A stretch of DNA of 63,760 nt, the filler included, from Phoronis australis (Eukaryota; Animalia; Phoronida): assembly GCA_002633005.1 (NCBI GenBank). It is 6 parts of 6 records of this genome, joined end to end, with 100 filler letters (N's around TTAATTAATTAA, not from the genome) between each part and the next. Parts side by side here need not be neighbours in the genome. Positions count along the whole stretch, not along the records: positions 4,502 to 31,219 come from NMRA01000336.1; positions 31,320 to 34,411 come from NMRA01003232.1; positions 34,512 to 45,785 come from NMRA01001706.1; 3 more parts are not named here. One strand, written 5' to 3'. Positions 26,144-37,728 of the stretch are shown here, one piece after another. Each line of letters begins with the position of its first letter. Position 1 is the stretch's first letter. A program made the position numbers and the translations under genes. Under the pieces are notes generated by a model. It was not told the DNA's origin and ran no database searches. It saw only the letters and a program-made list of their open reading frames with translations.

Positions 26144-26759
26144 GATAGGATAATCTACTGCATTAGTTTCAACCCAGTCATGTGTGTGAGTGAAGTAACG
26201 GATTAAGCTTTTCAGTTGTGCTGTGAAATGATGTGATCTTGACTTGGATTTGTAAATGCATCGTGGTTGATAATTCATCAATATTCCTACTTCATATTCT
26301 TCACATTCTAAAAAAGCAAGATGTATTATTTTTTTCATAATCATTAGACATGCTTTGTAGCTCAATTTTGCCTGTGCAAAAAACCAGGTGTTGTTTTCGG
26401 TATGAGTGCACTGGCCGCTGCATCCAATAACCGAAATATGGAAGTATAAAAATTACACCTTAATCTGAAATTTCATATATTTCGGGAACTTTCAGAGTAG
26501 CAAACTTTTGGAGTAGTGGGCTGTTCCCAATCCATTTCCACCGCTGTGAGTAATTCTAGCAAGTCACGGCACAGAATTACATGTACCGGTATAACCCTGA
26601 CAAAAATTTCATCTACTCATTCTCCGACTAAATATTTTATTCTGGTCATTAAGTGTAATCACTCATTTAAGCATGCATGGTTCGAAAATTTGTCAGAGGG
26701 TAACCGGCTCAGTTCCCTTTCTAGACCACATTACATCAATTTGTATCTCATATTTTGCG

Positions 26760-27495
26760 AGTAACTGTCATGACATCCTCATTTGTGGGATAGGCCTACG
26801 AATTCCGTCTCATCTCAGGAGAATGGAGCTGAGATTCATTGTCATGTATATGGATTTCCCTGCTGCCGGCTTAAGCTGTGTAAGGGAGGTACTGAAAAAT
26901 CTACTGTGCTGCGTTTACGAAATATAATCACGGTTTTAAAAATTAGAACCACCCTCTACACAATGCTGGCTACGGGCCTGAGTTGCCTTAAAATAACGAC
27001 TACTTTCTGCTTTTTGACAAACTGTTGGCCGATAACTAGCTTTGCGTTCGTGTAACGGCCTTTGAGAATTTTCGTCTTTGGCCAACTTTTGTACCGAGAT
27101 GAGTAGCCCATTTTTCACAGCGGATCAGTAACTGTCATGACATCCTCATTTGTGGGATAGGCCTACGAATTCCGTCTCATCTCAGGAGAATGGAGCTGAG
27201 ATTCATCGTCATGTGTATGGATTTCCCTGCTGCCGGCTTAAGCTGTGTAAGGGAGGTACTGAAAAATCTACTGTGCTGCGTTTACGAAATATAATCACCG
27301 TTTTAAAAATTAGAACCACCTTCTACACAATGCTGGCTACGGGCCTGAGTTGCCTTAAAATAACGACTACTTTCTGCTTTTTGACAAACTGTTGGCCGAT
27401 AACTAGCTTTGCGTTCGTGTAACGGCCTTTGAGAATTATCGTCTTTGGCCAACTTTTGTACCGAGATGAGTAACCCATTTTTCACAGCGGATCAG
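26760..27495. repeat. Near-identical tandem duplication, 2 x 367 bp
   Basis: gtaactgtcatgacatcctc begins at 26761 and 27128; the duplicated ORFs 26783-27055 and 27150-27422 differ by only two residues. Confidence 0.95.
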
Positions 27496-28934
27496 CTTCT
27501 ACTAGCTTCAGGACTTCAGTTATACTGCCCAGTGGTATAGCTAATATAGAAATCGGGTTTATATTTTTATATTTTGGCTATAACTTTGCTGGGAAACTTA
27601 ACATTACAGATGCTTACTTTGCATATGTAACAGAATGAAGTACAACACCCTGCCCAGACATATACTGCATAATTCAAAGTGGCTCCTTTGGCCTCAAGAG
27701 AAAGCTTGGCTATGTCAGCTAACTGGAAATGATCCAGATAGAATCTCAGGGCTTTACAGGGACTATAAACTTGACACGCTTTTATCAGCAATTTCGATGG
27801 TTCATTACCCACTCGGCTGTGGGGACAATAAACATGATAATTATGCCTGGTCTGGCAATGGAACTACTTTTAAGTGAATGGTGAGATGCCTTGAACGTCA
27901 ACACAACATTCATGCATGAAACTTTTTTCGGTGGCCAAATTTACAGTTCAATAACAATGTGCTGCATTAAGTTTATACAATTCGTTTTTAACGAACACAA
28001 ATTTCTGTGCATTTACTGTGAAATTGTAATTGTAAATTAAATTCTTAACGGATATAAAATTCAGAACTAAGAAAATCGTTTTACCGCATAGTAATACTAA
28101 AACTTACTTCAAACTCGGCTAAGCTGACCGAAGCTACCTCAGCTAAAACTTCGATATTTAGAGAGCACGTATGGATGTAAAAATTTTATGAAGATTTCGA
28201 ATCTTCTATTAGTTTAAATCCATCAGAAGAGAGAAAAAGTGAAAACAGCCGTGTTGTTTTGTTAGGCAACTCTTATCTTAACGCCATCAGCTAATGTGTA
28301 GTTGTGTGTTAGTGTGAAATCACATGTTACCGGCCAAATAAAGGCATGTGGTTTGCTCATGAATTTGGACCGACTCGAAAATGAGGGGAGGATTTTTGGG
28401 CTGGTCTATCACGATCAAAACACTTTATGAGCCTAAGTTTCAATGAACTTTTGTCCGTAAGGCTCAGAGACAAGTGTGCCAACAAAACCACAAGCAATCA
28501 TTATTTTACAGCATTGACTTTTAAAACATTTGAATATGCTTTTTTTTCAAATAGTGTGAACAATATGTACTTTGCGTTCTTTTTGTCATTTGGCGTTTGA
28601 TATTTAGCGCGCGACATCAAATTTTTATTATGACTTAGTAGACAGATTCACTCGGCAATTTCGCTATGTGCCTTGTGAGAATAACTATTTAGAGAGCGAT
28701 AATGACGAGGTTGCTATGGTTTCATAGCATTCGACTGTATTTGGATAATGCATTATTACAGACCATCCTTTTACCCTTTCAACACCGCAGACCGCCTTAA
28801 GCGGTCTCTGAAACTTACCTCCATTCAACACTGTGGACCGCTTTATTGGTCTCACGACATGCCGAACTTCAAGCAACAGCATATTTGATTGGTTGATTAG
28901 GGTAATTCTTTTGTGTACGTCACAAATTTAAATA

Positions 28935-30368
28935 CCGTATTCGCCGTAATAACCGCCCAGGGCGCTTAGAAAAGTTCGGTTCAGGGGGGGTGCTATTATA
29001 ACCCAAGGCGGTTGAAACCCGGTCTCCTGGAAATGGGTGAAATCGCAAGCGAAGATTCATCAAATTTACGCTCTGTGACGTATGTGTAATCTATGAAAGA
29101 CTTTCAACAAAACTTTGGTGCATTGCTATCAAACTTTGCTGCTAAATTACGATCATTTTACAGAAAATTGTGCTGAAATCCCAGGGCGAAAACTCGCCGA
29201 CTGACTGCCTCGAAATCGCCGTCTTTGATATGGCGACTTCAATGCTTGAATAAAAATGGTTTCGACTCAAGCAAATTACCTGAAATCCTCATTAAGTTTT
29301 ATAAGTAGCGTCTAAGATTTTTTAAGTTCCCGTGGAACGGCAGGTTTAAGTACAAATCTGTGCAACATCGTGCCATCTACATGTATGATCGGCAACACGG
29401 CGAGAAAAATGTCTGGACGAACACACATGTTGTTGTCACGTGACATTTGTTTTGAAGTTCGTCTGCGAGTAAGCGAGCACATGTATGTCACCAGAGTTCA
29501 TTTGCCAAAGAGCCACGCAATCTAACTAGCAAGATGTGTCTTAAAGAAATTTCCACAAGCAGTAGGCCTAAACCAGAGCGTGTTTCATTTACCACTTGCT
29601 GGTCTCATGCTAAAAACTTTCGACATTTGTCTCGGTAAGGCCCATATTAGTCGCCGTGTAGCTGGATGCGTAGGTAACTATCTGACAGTTATTTTTCGGT
29701 GTAAGGGTGTGTAAGCATTCACTGTCAGTTGTCGTTTTATCTGATATTTGGCTTAAAAACACCAATTGTGGTTAATCAAACAGTCCATCTCAAAAATAAC
29801 GCTAACATATTTTATAGTATTAGAAATTGTCGGAAATAAGTGCCAATATTCATTTCTTATCGATGCTATGCTACCTGTTTCATGAATGGATTGTTCCCGA
29901 CTAATGTCTTTGATGACAGGTTCATGTATGTAGCGCGCGCTTCCTGGCCACGTACGTTTAACACCGAGTTATTTTTATTCATGAGACAGACGATGTGTCT
30001 AGTGAAAAGTCATACCATAGTGGGACACGGTCGTCGCGAGAGCGTAGTAACGCTGTTGCGTTCTTTTTGAAGCGCTGCGTTACTTTGAAGTGTAAAGTCA
30101 CGGCTAAATACAAAAGTAGCAGTGCCGCTGGTGGTCTTGAACCGTGCAAAAATTTTTTGATAAATTGAAGACGTTACTGTAGCCGAGTTTTAGGACTGTA
30201 GGTACGTCATTGTTCGCATGTACACGTTCATCGACTGGGCGTTTATTTCAGCAAAGTATGAAAACGCGTGGGGGCTGTTTATAGGGGCATGGGCGGTTAT
30301 TACGGCAAAGTCTGAAAATGCGTGGGGGGCGCTTATAGGGACATGGGCGGTTATTACGGCGAATGCGG
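28935..30368 (+). mobile_element. Tc1/mariner-type MITE, uninterrupted copy
   Basis: TA|CCGTATTCGCCGTAATAACCGCCC ... GGGCGGTTATTACGGCGAATGCGG|TA; the 3' subterminal block is locally duplicated; homologous to 12797-17726. Confidence 0.88.
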
Positions 30369-30918
30369 TATAGACTTACCTTCATTTCTAACAGCTTTTC
30401 TGATTCATTGCTGAGATGTAACGTGAGTTATTGAAGGGGTTTCCAAGAGTTTAGATCGATGACTCGCGAAAACAAAATGTCGGCCGACGGCGATTCAGAC
30501 GTAGACTTTTCAAATGATGAAATTGGCAATAATTTGTATGCTTTTTACTTAATTAATATACAAGATAACCCAAAAAGGAATTCTTATGTATCTGGCCACA
30601 GTTTGTTGACTATTACGACAAAGAAGTTGAACTTCATGGCTTTGAACTCGAGGAAAACTTTACAGGTCGCGAATTTTGCAATTGGGTCAAACAAACGCCG
30701 TTGACCTCCAACAACTTCGCAAATTTTCTGAACATCTAGAGTCTTTTAGAGTGTATGATGATTCTTATAAGCAAGTTGAGTACTTTCAAAATTTCTATAT
30801 TGATGAAATATTCGGTGAAATTTTCAGGGTAATTAATAGCGGAGTTGCAACGCCGCCATATTGGAAATGGGTCAGAATGTTGCATTGTGGTTACAATGGT
30901 AAACTTCAGTAAACAAGT

Positions 30919-31200
30919 ATGTTGGCAACCGTGCGGGCGAACGGGCTACGGGGAGGTTATACGTGTTGTGTGCCTGGCATGCTATAATACCAGTTAGCGA
31001 AATAAAAAAATTAGTTACTACCTGTTTCCCAAGGATCAAGAACTGCGTTAAACATGGGTCAGAGACATCGGTAGAGCTGGTAGCAAAGGCCGACTTCGTG
31101 AATTCTTTCCGACTTCGTAGCATAAAGTGTGCAGCGCTCATTTTGAGGGCGGCAAGAAAACGTATCTTAGAAACTGCCCAACAATATCTCCCTTCAAAGA
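30919..31200 (+). pseudogene. THAP-domain pseudogene (transposon-derived)
   Basis: GYTCCVPG, then after a frameshift CYNTS*RNKKISYYLFPKDQELR*TWVRDIGR..FPTS*HKVCSAHFEGGKKTYLRNCPTI. This is the C2CH THAP signature with one frameshift and three stops. Confidence 0.85.
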
Positions 31201-31354
31201 AACAGTAACAAATACTCCANNNNNNNNNNNNNNNNNNNNNNNNNNNNNNNNNNNNNNNNNNNNTTAATTAATTAANNNNNNNNNNNNNNNNNNNNNNNNN
31301 NNNNNNNNNNNNNNNNNNNGCAGTGGTGACGAGGAATTTTTTCACGGACATTTA

Positions 31355-31560
31355 GTGGGTGGGTACATGTTTGAGCCCGAGTATAACGAGGCAGAATACG
31401 CACAGGCACAGGCAGCTGTTGAGAGAAACGAGGCGGCTACTGAGGACAGACGTGGTGACACATCTTGGTGCAAATACACTGTGTGCGTTGTTATGCCTAC
31501 CTCAATGGAATGCTTGTGCTGTTCAGACTTCGACGAGGCCAAGCCACTACTGGACCTGGT
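31355..31560 (+). pseudogene. Kolobok accessory ORF fragment, P2X7 C-terminal ballast/nanor-like Cys-rich domain
   Basis: GYMFEPEY...RRGDTSWCKYTVCVVMPTSMECLCCSDF matches the YxFEP ... WCxCxxCxxMPTxxECxCC pattern; truncated. Confidence 0.75.
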
Positions 31561-32535
31561 TAAGTGGACCTCCGGCATACCACGGACAGAGGAACAACTG
31601 TCCCACTTGCCAGAGTGTCCCGCGACACACTCCCACTGGATGGTAACCTGAGCACCCAAACTGCTTACATCATGTCGTGTGACTCCCTCGCCAAGCACCT
31701 GGCACCTTCGAAATAGCTCCAACACTTTAGACAAGTCCACAATAAACTCATCAAAGTTTGGCTCAACGATCTGTTCGCTGGACGACGAACTGTCCTCTTC
31801 ACTGGGTGTCGAACTGAGCCTGTAATCACTCCCACTACTCAATATCGCTGCAAACTGCTTACATCGTGTCGTGTGACTCCCTCGCCACACACCTGGCACC
31901 TTCTAAATAGACAAGTCCACAATAAACTTCTCAAAGTTTGGCTCACCGATCTGTTCACTGAACGACAAACTGTCCTCTTCACTGGGTGTCGAACTGGGCC
32001 TGTAATCACTCCCACTACTCAATATGGCTGCAGGGCTGCATGCTTAGAGGCTCTGGGCTGGAGAAAACAGCACAGGGCGAATCACTACTGGTTCCAGGAA
32101 TTGCACGCTCTGGGGTTCGTTCGGAGGCACGGGTGACAGTAGATGAAGTGTCTCCACTGGCTCCAGTCACTGTACTGGCCACAGCTCGCGAGGCTTCTCG
32201 CTTCAAAAACGCACTTCTCGGGGGTGGCGACGGGACACTGCTGGGAATCAACACAGACGGAATGGCATCCTTCTTCAGGCGTAATGTTTCGCAGGGACCT
32301 TCATCAGTTCAGCGTACAAATCCCTTTCGTAACCGGAGGGCAGAAAGTGCTTGCCACACACACGATAATTCTCCACTGCTTTGCACGTTGCGTGGACGGG
32401 TAACGCTGCGTTCTTCACACGAACGAGCCAAGTACGACGAAGTGTGGCATCCATCGGAAAGCGATGCAAAGGTACTCCCAAAGCGCGCGTGAGCCGATAA
32501 TTAGTACATTCCGGTACGCAGCAACAGTGTGGCAT
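31560..32535 (-). pseudogene. Kolobok transposase N-terminal part (THAP plus Cys/His region), frameshifted, catalytic domain deleted
   Basis: MPHCCCVPECTN..LHRFPMDATLRRTWL..YRVCGKHF, then after a frameshift LKKDAIPS, then EFIVDLSKVLELFRRC..GAQVTIQWECVAGHSGKWDS. Contains a ~190-bp internal tandem duplication (31657-32032). Confidence 0.85.
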
Positions 32536-33176
32536 GTTGACTGACTAGTAAATGAAAGCAAACGACGACGGAACTTAACACAACTGAGGTAGAACAATGA
32601 CTGACTAGGCAGCTCTCACAGTCAGACTATATGAAAAGAAATTGGCGCGAAATGCTTGCCTCCTAAAACGTCACTTCCGCAGTAGCGGGCGAGTAATTAT
32701 TAAAATTACGAAAAGCTAATTAAGTGGAAAATATGTCTAGGATAACCAACCAACCTTATTTTAGCTCAAAATGACATGGAAAAAGGTTGCCTACGCCTTT
32801 AATCAATACTTTACAAAATAAAACTGTTTTGAAAAGCGATAGGTGCAAATTGACTTAGGTATGGAGTTGACTTGGGTACAAATTAACCTGTTTCCAACCA
32901 CAGTCACAGACACAGTTGGCACTGGTTACAGATATAGCATTCCCTGATTTGGACTATTGGGCTGTCACGTACTGAATAACAGGATCGTTATTTTTAGTGG
33001 AAGAAACTGGTTATCATAATCATTGACTGTTATATCCGACCAGTGCCGACACAGCTATAGGTGATTTCATTCACCTGTTTGATATTCAGCTGATCCGCTC
33101 ATCTTTTTCAGAATACCTTTTCAGAAATCACTTGAGTTGTAGCCCTCTTGCGAGTTAAGTGAGATTGCCACGCATT

Positions 33177-33715
33177 TGGTACCATGGACAGTGCCACCGT
33201 CTCAACTGGCCACAGAGAGCTTCACACGTAGGAAGGCTTTTGCCAAATTATGCCTCACACTGATTAAACATCAAAGTCACGTTGCTATAAGTATCTTGTG
33301 CATGGAAAGACACCTTAAGAAGCCGTTAAATCTTTAAGTCCTTCCAACTCGAACAAATACTCCCGTAGTCGAACTTTTTTCAAACAGTCCTTCATTCAGT
33401 TGCTCAAATTGACAACTGGCCATTTTTAATAATATGAGCATGCGCAGTGTAAAAATGGCCAGTTGCGGATTTGAGTGATTGAACGAGAGATGGCTCTAAA
33501 AAAATTTTTAATTACATGAGTATTTGATCAAGCTGGAAGGAATTAAAGACATCCAGGGATTCCTAATGGGTACCCCTATGCGCAAAAGGTACTTACAAGA
33601 ATGTGACTTTGATGGTTTAATCAGTGTGAGGCATAATTTACCAAAAAGCTTGCAGCTCCTATAGGAGCTTCACCGTCTCTACAGCCAGTCGAGATGGTAC
33701 TATCTATTGGTACCA
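33177..33715. mobile_element. Foldback/palindromic MITE (~540-bp imperfect inverted repeat)
   Basis: Arms pair along their length around GCATGC at 33438-33443, e.g. a perfect 25-bp IR at 33245-33269 / 33615-33639 and CAACTGGCCATTTTTA / TAAAAATGGCCAGTTG. A half copy lies at ~37095-37260. Confidence 0.8.
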
Positions 33716-35699
33716 CTGGCTTTGCGGCACTGTCTTACACTCCAGCGACTTGAAAATTATGGTTCACTAATGAAACTTTTAGTGTTCATTTTAGCACTCT
33801 AGACATTCAAATTCCGTTTATTTTGTAGAATGTTTTACCCTCTTTACAAAAGTGTTCCCCATACTTTGATGACAATAAATGTTACTCATTTCCCATAATT
33901 CTCCAGCTGTAATTTGCAACTTTGGGCTGTTTGTGACTCTTTCTGCAGTCACTTCATAAATTGAGTAGCTAAAAGCTAGTGAATCAAAGCACAACAATAA
34001 AAAGTTTGGACTGGCGATAAATTACACAATAGTTTTTGAGTGACTGGAGTCCTATGACATGTAGAAACCAACTCACTCCTGGCGGTATAGAACAAGGCTA
34101 CACGACTGAATATATCGACGAACATGGGACCCGCATTTGTAGCAAGAGCTGAAGTTTTATTTTCTCATTTTTTCATCTGTAACTTGTAACAAAAATAGTT
34201 ACATAAGTATTACAATCTTAATACATTAAACTAGAAAATTGTTAAAGATGAACAAGGCTTGCACTTTTATTTTGGCTAGAGCTGTTGAGAATTTAGGGGT
34301 GAGAGGTTAACTGAGCATGGGTTCTAACACTGAATATGGATGTGATTTTCTACAAAGGTTATGCTCAGTAACACTTCAGGTTACAAATAGATTTACAATA
34401 CTTCTGAAGTGNNNNNNNNNNNNNNNNNNNNNNNNNNNNNNNNNNNNNNNNNNNNTTAATTAATTAANNNNNNNNNNNNNNNNNNNNNNNNNNNNNNNNN
34501 NNNNNNNNNNNTTGACACAACCAACTATAAAATTGGTCTCAAGTTGTACTCACATCAGAAGTGACTTCTGGGCTTCAGCCTATGCTTGGCACATAAAATG
34601 ACCAGCACTGACAAGTCAACATACAGACTTTTGTCTTAAGCAACAACAAGTGGTCACTGAGTTCTTTCAAACTCTTAAGTCACCTCTAGTTTGACTAAGA
34701 AACAGTTTGAGACCTGAATTTCATAATTGTAAGACAAAGTGGTCTAAATCTATTTTTTTGTGATGGAAGGCATGTTGATAGCCACTTTAAACTATTAACA
34801 TGCCACAACATATGTCATGAACTTTTCAAAAATAATTGATACTTAGGGTACCATATTCTTCAAATATAGCATGAGATGTATATACCCAAGGCAGATACAT
34901 GCTGTTTGACATTCAAGTTCCTCTTTGTGAAGCAAATAACACTCTTCTTTAACCTGTTAGAAATACAAGTGCAAATGCTGGTGGAGTTTTTATTTTATCT
35001 CTGGCTTTTGCCGAGATCTACAACCTGCTAATTTACATATTGAGTTCATAAAACTAAAAGATTATCTGATCCATGGATGTATATGAAGGCTAACTAGTAG
35101 AGGCCGACTGATCAATAGCACGGGGTAGCCAGATACTTCAAAGACCATGCCGGAGGTGAAAGGGGTTCTCATTGCCATCAATTCCCACCCCGGCCGAGAT
35201 GATTGCCACATTCACCTTCACCTGTTTTGCCGCCACCAATTCTTCCATTCACATCCGATTCTCCCTGAAGTGGAACCCCAATTATTTCACAAATTCAGAC
35301 AAATTTCAAGAGACGAATCCTTTGCTAACTTTTGGGGTTTTGTTACCCCAATGTCTAAGCGAGTCTAAGCCAGACAATGACTAACCCGTCCTAATCAATT
35401 TGGCAAACTAATCGCTGCTTAGTCCATAATTCTGAAGACTATTCAGTAATTTCTGTTATAATGCATCCATTTTGAAATATATGCTGTTACTTAGCTAGGC
35501 CTACTTCTCAATTTTTAAAAAGTGCCATGTTGGTCGTTTGCCTTACTTATTGTTCTTTTTTGAGTTTGAAACTCGTACGTTAAACAAGCGTGTTGGTTTA
35601 CGACAGCAATTTATGTCATCCAGCACGTTCACTCAAGTTGAATATAGCGACTAGCTCACTTCAATCCGTGACAGCGCCATCAAGTCTTTGATGTGCCGA

Positions 35700-36777
35700 G
35701 TACTTCGCTGGATATTTTGGGGTGCGTGCTTTCTCGTCCACTAGTGCGTGCAAATCCTGTTAGCGTATGATAAGCATACGGTCACCGACGCCACTAGTAC
35801 AGATCCCCGGCAAATTATATGGTCCACGGATATGAAAAGCGTCCGCGTGCGGCATTTACCGGTTATGAAAATGCCTCCACCCTCTTCAAGTTCAAACCCA
35901 ATCATGCAAAAGTGAAGGGACGTCCACGCGAATGGCCAGGCCATGGCAACCGAATAACAAATTAGTCTATTCGCTGTCGTCCGACTTGGACTCATTGTGG
36001 GCCGGATAGCGGGCAATTTAATGAAAGGTGCGAACTACTGAAAAAATCACAGTGACCTAGATACTGCGATATTGGATTTTGACGCCAAAATCTAAACCAG
36101 TCCCCGCCGTCCAGATCCGCGGCACGGCTATCACCCGGCCGAGCCCGAGGGCCCCAGTAAGGACGGAACAGCACTGATTTATGTAGTCGGACCGGCGGAA
36201 AAAACGCGAGGAAAAGTTGTATAAAATATGCTTACGGGTTCTCAAAATGAAAGCTATCTTAAATATGTAACACTTACGCTAAAGAAACGTTTAGAAATCA
36301 CTAAAACCATTACCGTAAACGTGAGGCGTATGCTTTTTAGAAGCAGACGAAAATATCCGACTTTGCGAAGTCCCAAGCAAACACTTTACAGCAAGTTCAT
36401 TTTTCTTAGAGGGGTGGTAGCTGTCATAGATGTATTTAACCTTGACTATGATATGTCATAGCATTATTGTATTGATAGCAGATAGCTTAGTTGCAATTCT
36501 GAAATTTCATCTGATTTTAAAGAATCGAAGAATATTTTTTTCCGAAATAGTAGCTCATTACTGACTTTGCCTTGACCTCATTACCCCTTGATATAGAACT
36601 TACTCGCTTACCGAATAGCGGCACCTATCACTGATGTTAATAACTACTTAGAACAAAATGGCGGACTTGGCGGGTTCTGGGCAACGTTGTCTTCCTCCAT
36701 ATTTTAATTTATCGTGATTTATTTAGTTCAGCTTGAACTATTTAGTTCATTTGCGTTTGGTAACTTCTTGGTTAAAA
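35700..36777 (+). promoter_or_regulatory. CpG-rich putative promoter region and non-coding first exon of CLASRP
   Basis: Local CpG enrichment; YY1-like CAAAATGGCGG at 36654-36664; donor AA|GTAAGT at 36778; matching acceptor TTTTCAG ending 37706 just before the start codon. Confidence 0.5.
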
Positions 36778-37728
36778 GTAAGTAACTTAGCCTTTGTACA
36801 ATGCCGAGCACTGGTCGAATAAGATGTTGCCGATGTCCCGATTTGGACTTGGACTTGGAAGCTGGACACTGCCACTGCCTTAGACTCAGTCATTCACTGA
36901 TTCAGTCAGTGACTGCTCTGAACTAGGCCGGTATTCGGTTATTGTCTACAATCTGCTGCGCATCCTTATAATTTATTTGGAGGCACTGTACAGTTCTCAC
37001 TGGGTTTTGCCTGGCAGTGAGTGCACGCGTCACTGACCTGTGCTTTTCTCCTAGACAGTGACCACCATCTTCACTTCAGCTGAACTACAGTAGTACAGAC
37101 GGTGAAGCTCCTGCAGGCGCTTCTTACGGCAGAAGCTTTTCGATAAATTAAGCCTCACACTGTTGTTATCAGTAATTTTTGCGCATAGAGGAACTCCTTA
37201 GTGGCCATTGATGATGTTTTTAATTCCTCCCAACTCGAACAAATACTCCCCTAATCAAATGTCTGGCTTAACCATCATTCAAAATCACATTAATATGAGT
37301 ACCATCTTAGATGTGTAGAGGGACATCTCAGACTGTAGTTGGTTTACCAACGCTGCCCCCAATAGTTATCGCCGAGAGCTGTCCATAACTTTTGGGTGAA
37401 AATATACTTCATGCAAAAGTGGTCAATTGAAAAACAATTCCTGCCGGCATTTTTGAGAATAGTACAGAAGGCATAGTATCTGAACGCTTCATATGAATCC
37501 GATAAAGCGTAATACTTGATGTTCCGATGTTAGCCATATTAGGTTTTACGTAAACTCAGTCAAAACTATTTCTCTGTTGCTCATATTTTTGATTGCTTCC
37601 CTCATAATCATCAATACAATCACAATTCTTTTTCATACTCTTTCTCCAGATGTTGCTCTCAAGAGCCTTATGTACATATTAATTTATACATATTAATTAT
37701 TTTCAGTTTCGTCAGTTGAAAAAGCACC

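Larger units (their letters stand above)
31320..32798 (-). mobile_element. Internally deleted Kolobok element with two convergent ORF remnants
   Basis: Terminus ...GCCTACGCCT|TTAA at 32798 (AGG/TTAA Kolobok signature). Minus-strand THAP transposase N-terminus meets a plus-strand Cys-rich accessory ORF at ~31560. The other terminus is lost in the gap. Confidence 0.8.

Noticed and set aside
27560-27880. Coding-looking stretch with ORFs on both strands
   Set aside because: No recognisable domain or consistent splice structure.
28775-28860. piggyBac-like start CCCTTTCAACACC with hairpin GACCGCCTTAAGCGGTC
   Set aside because: No TTAA TSD or partner terminus found.
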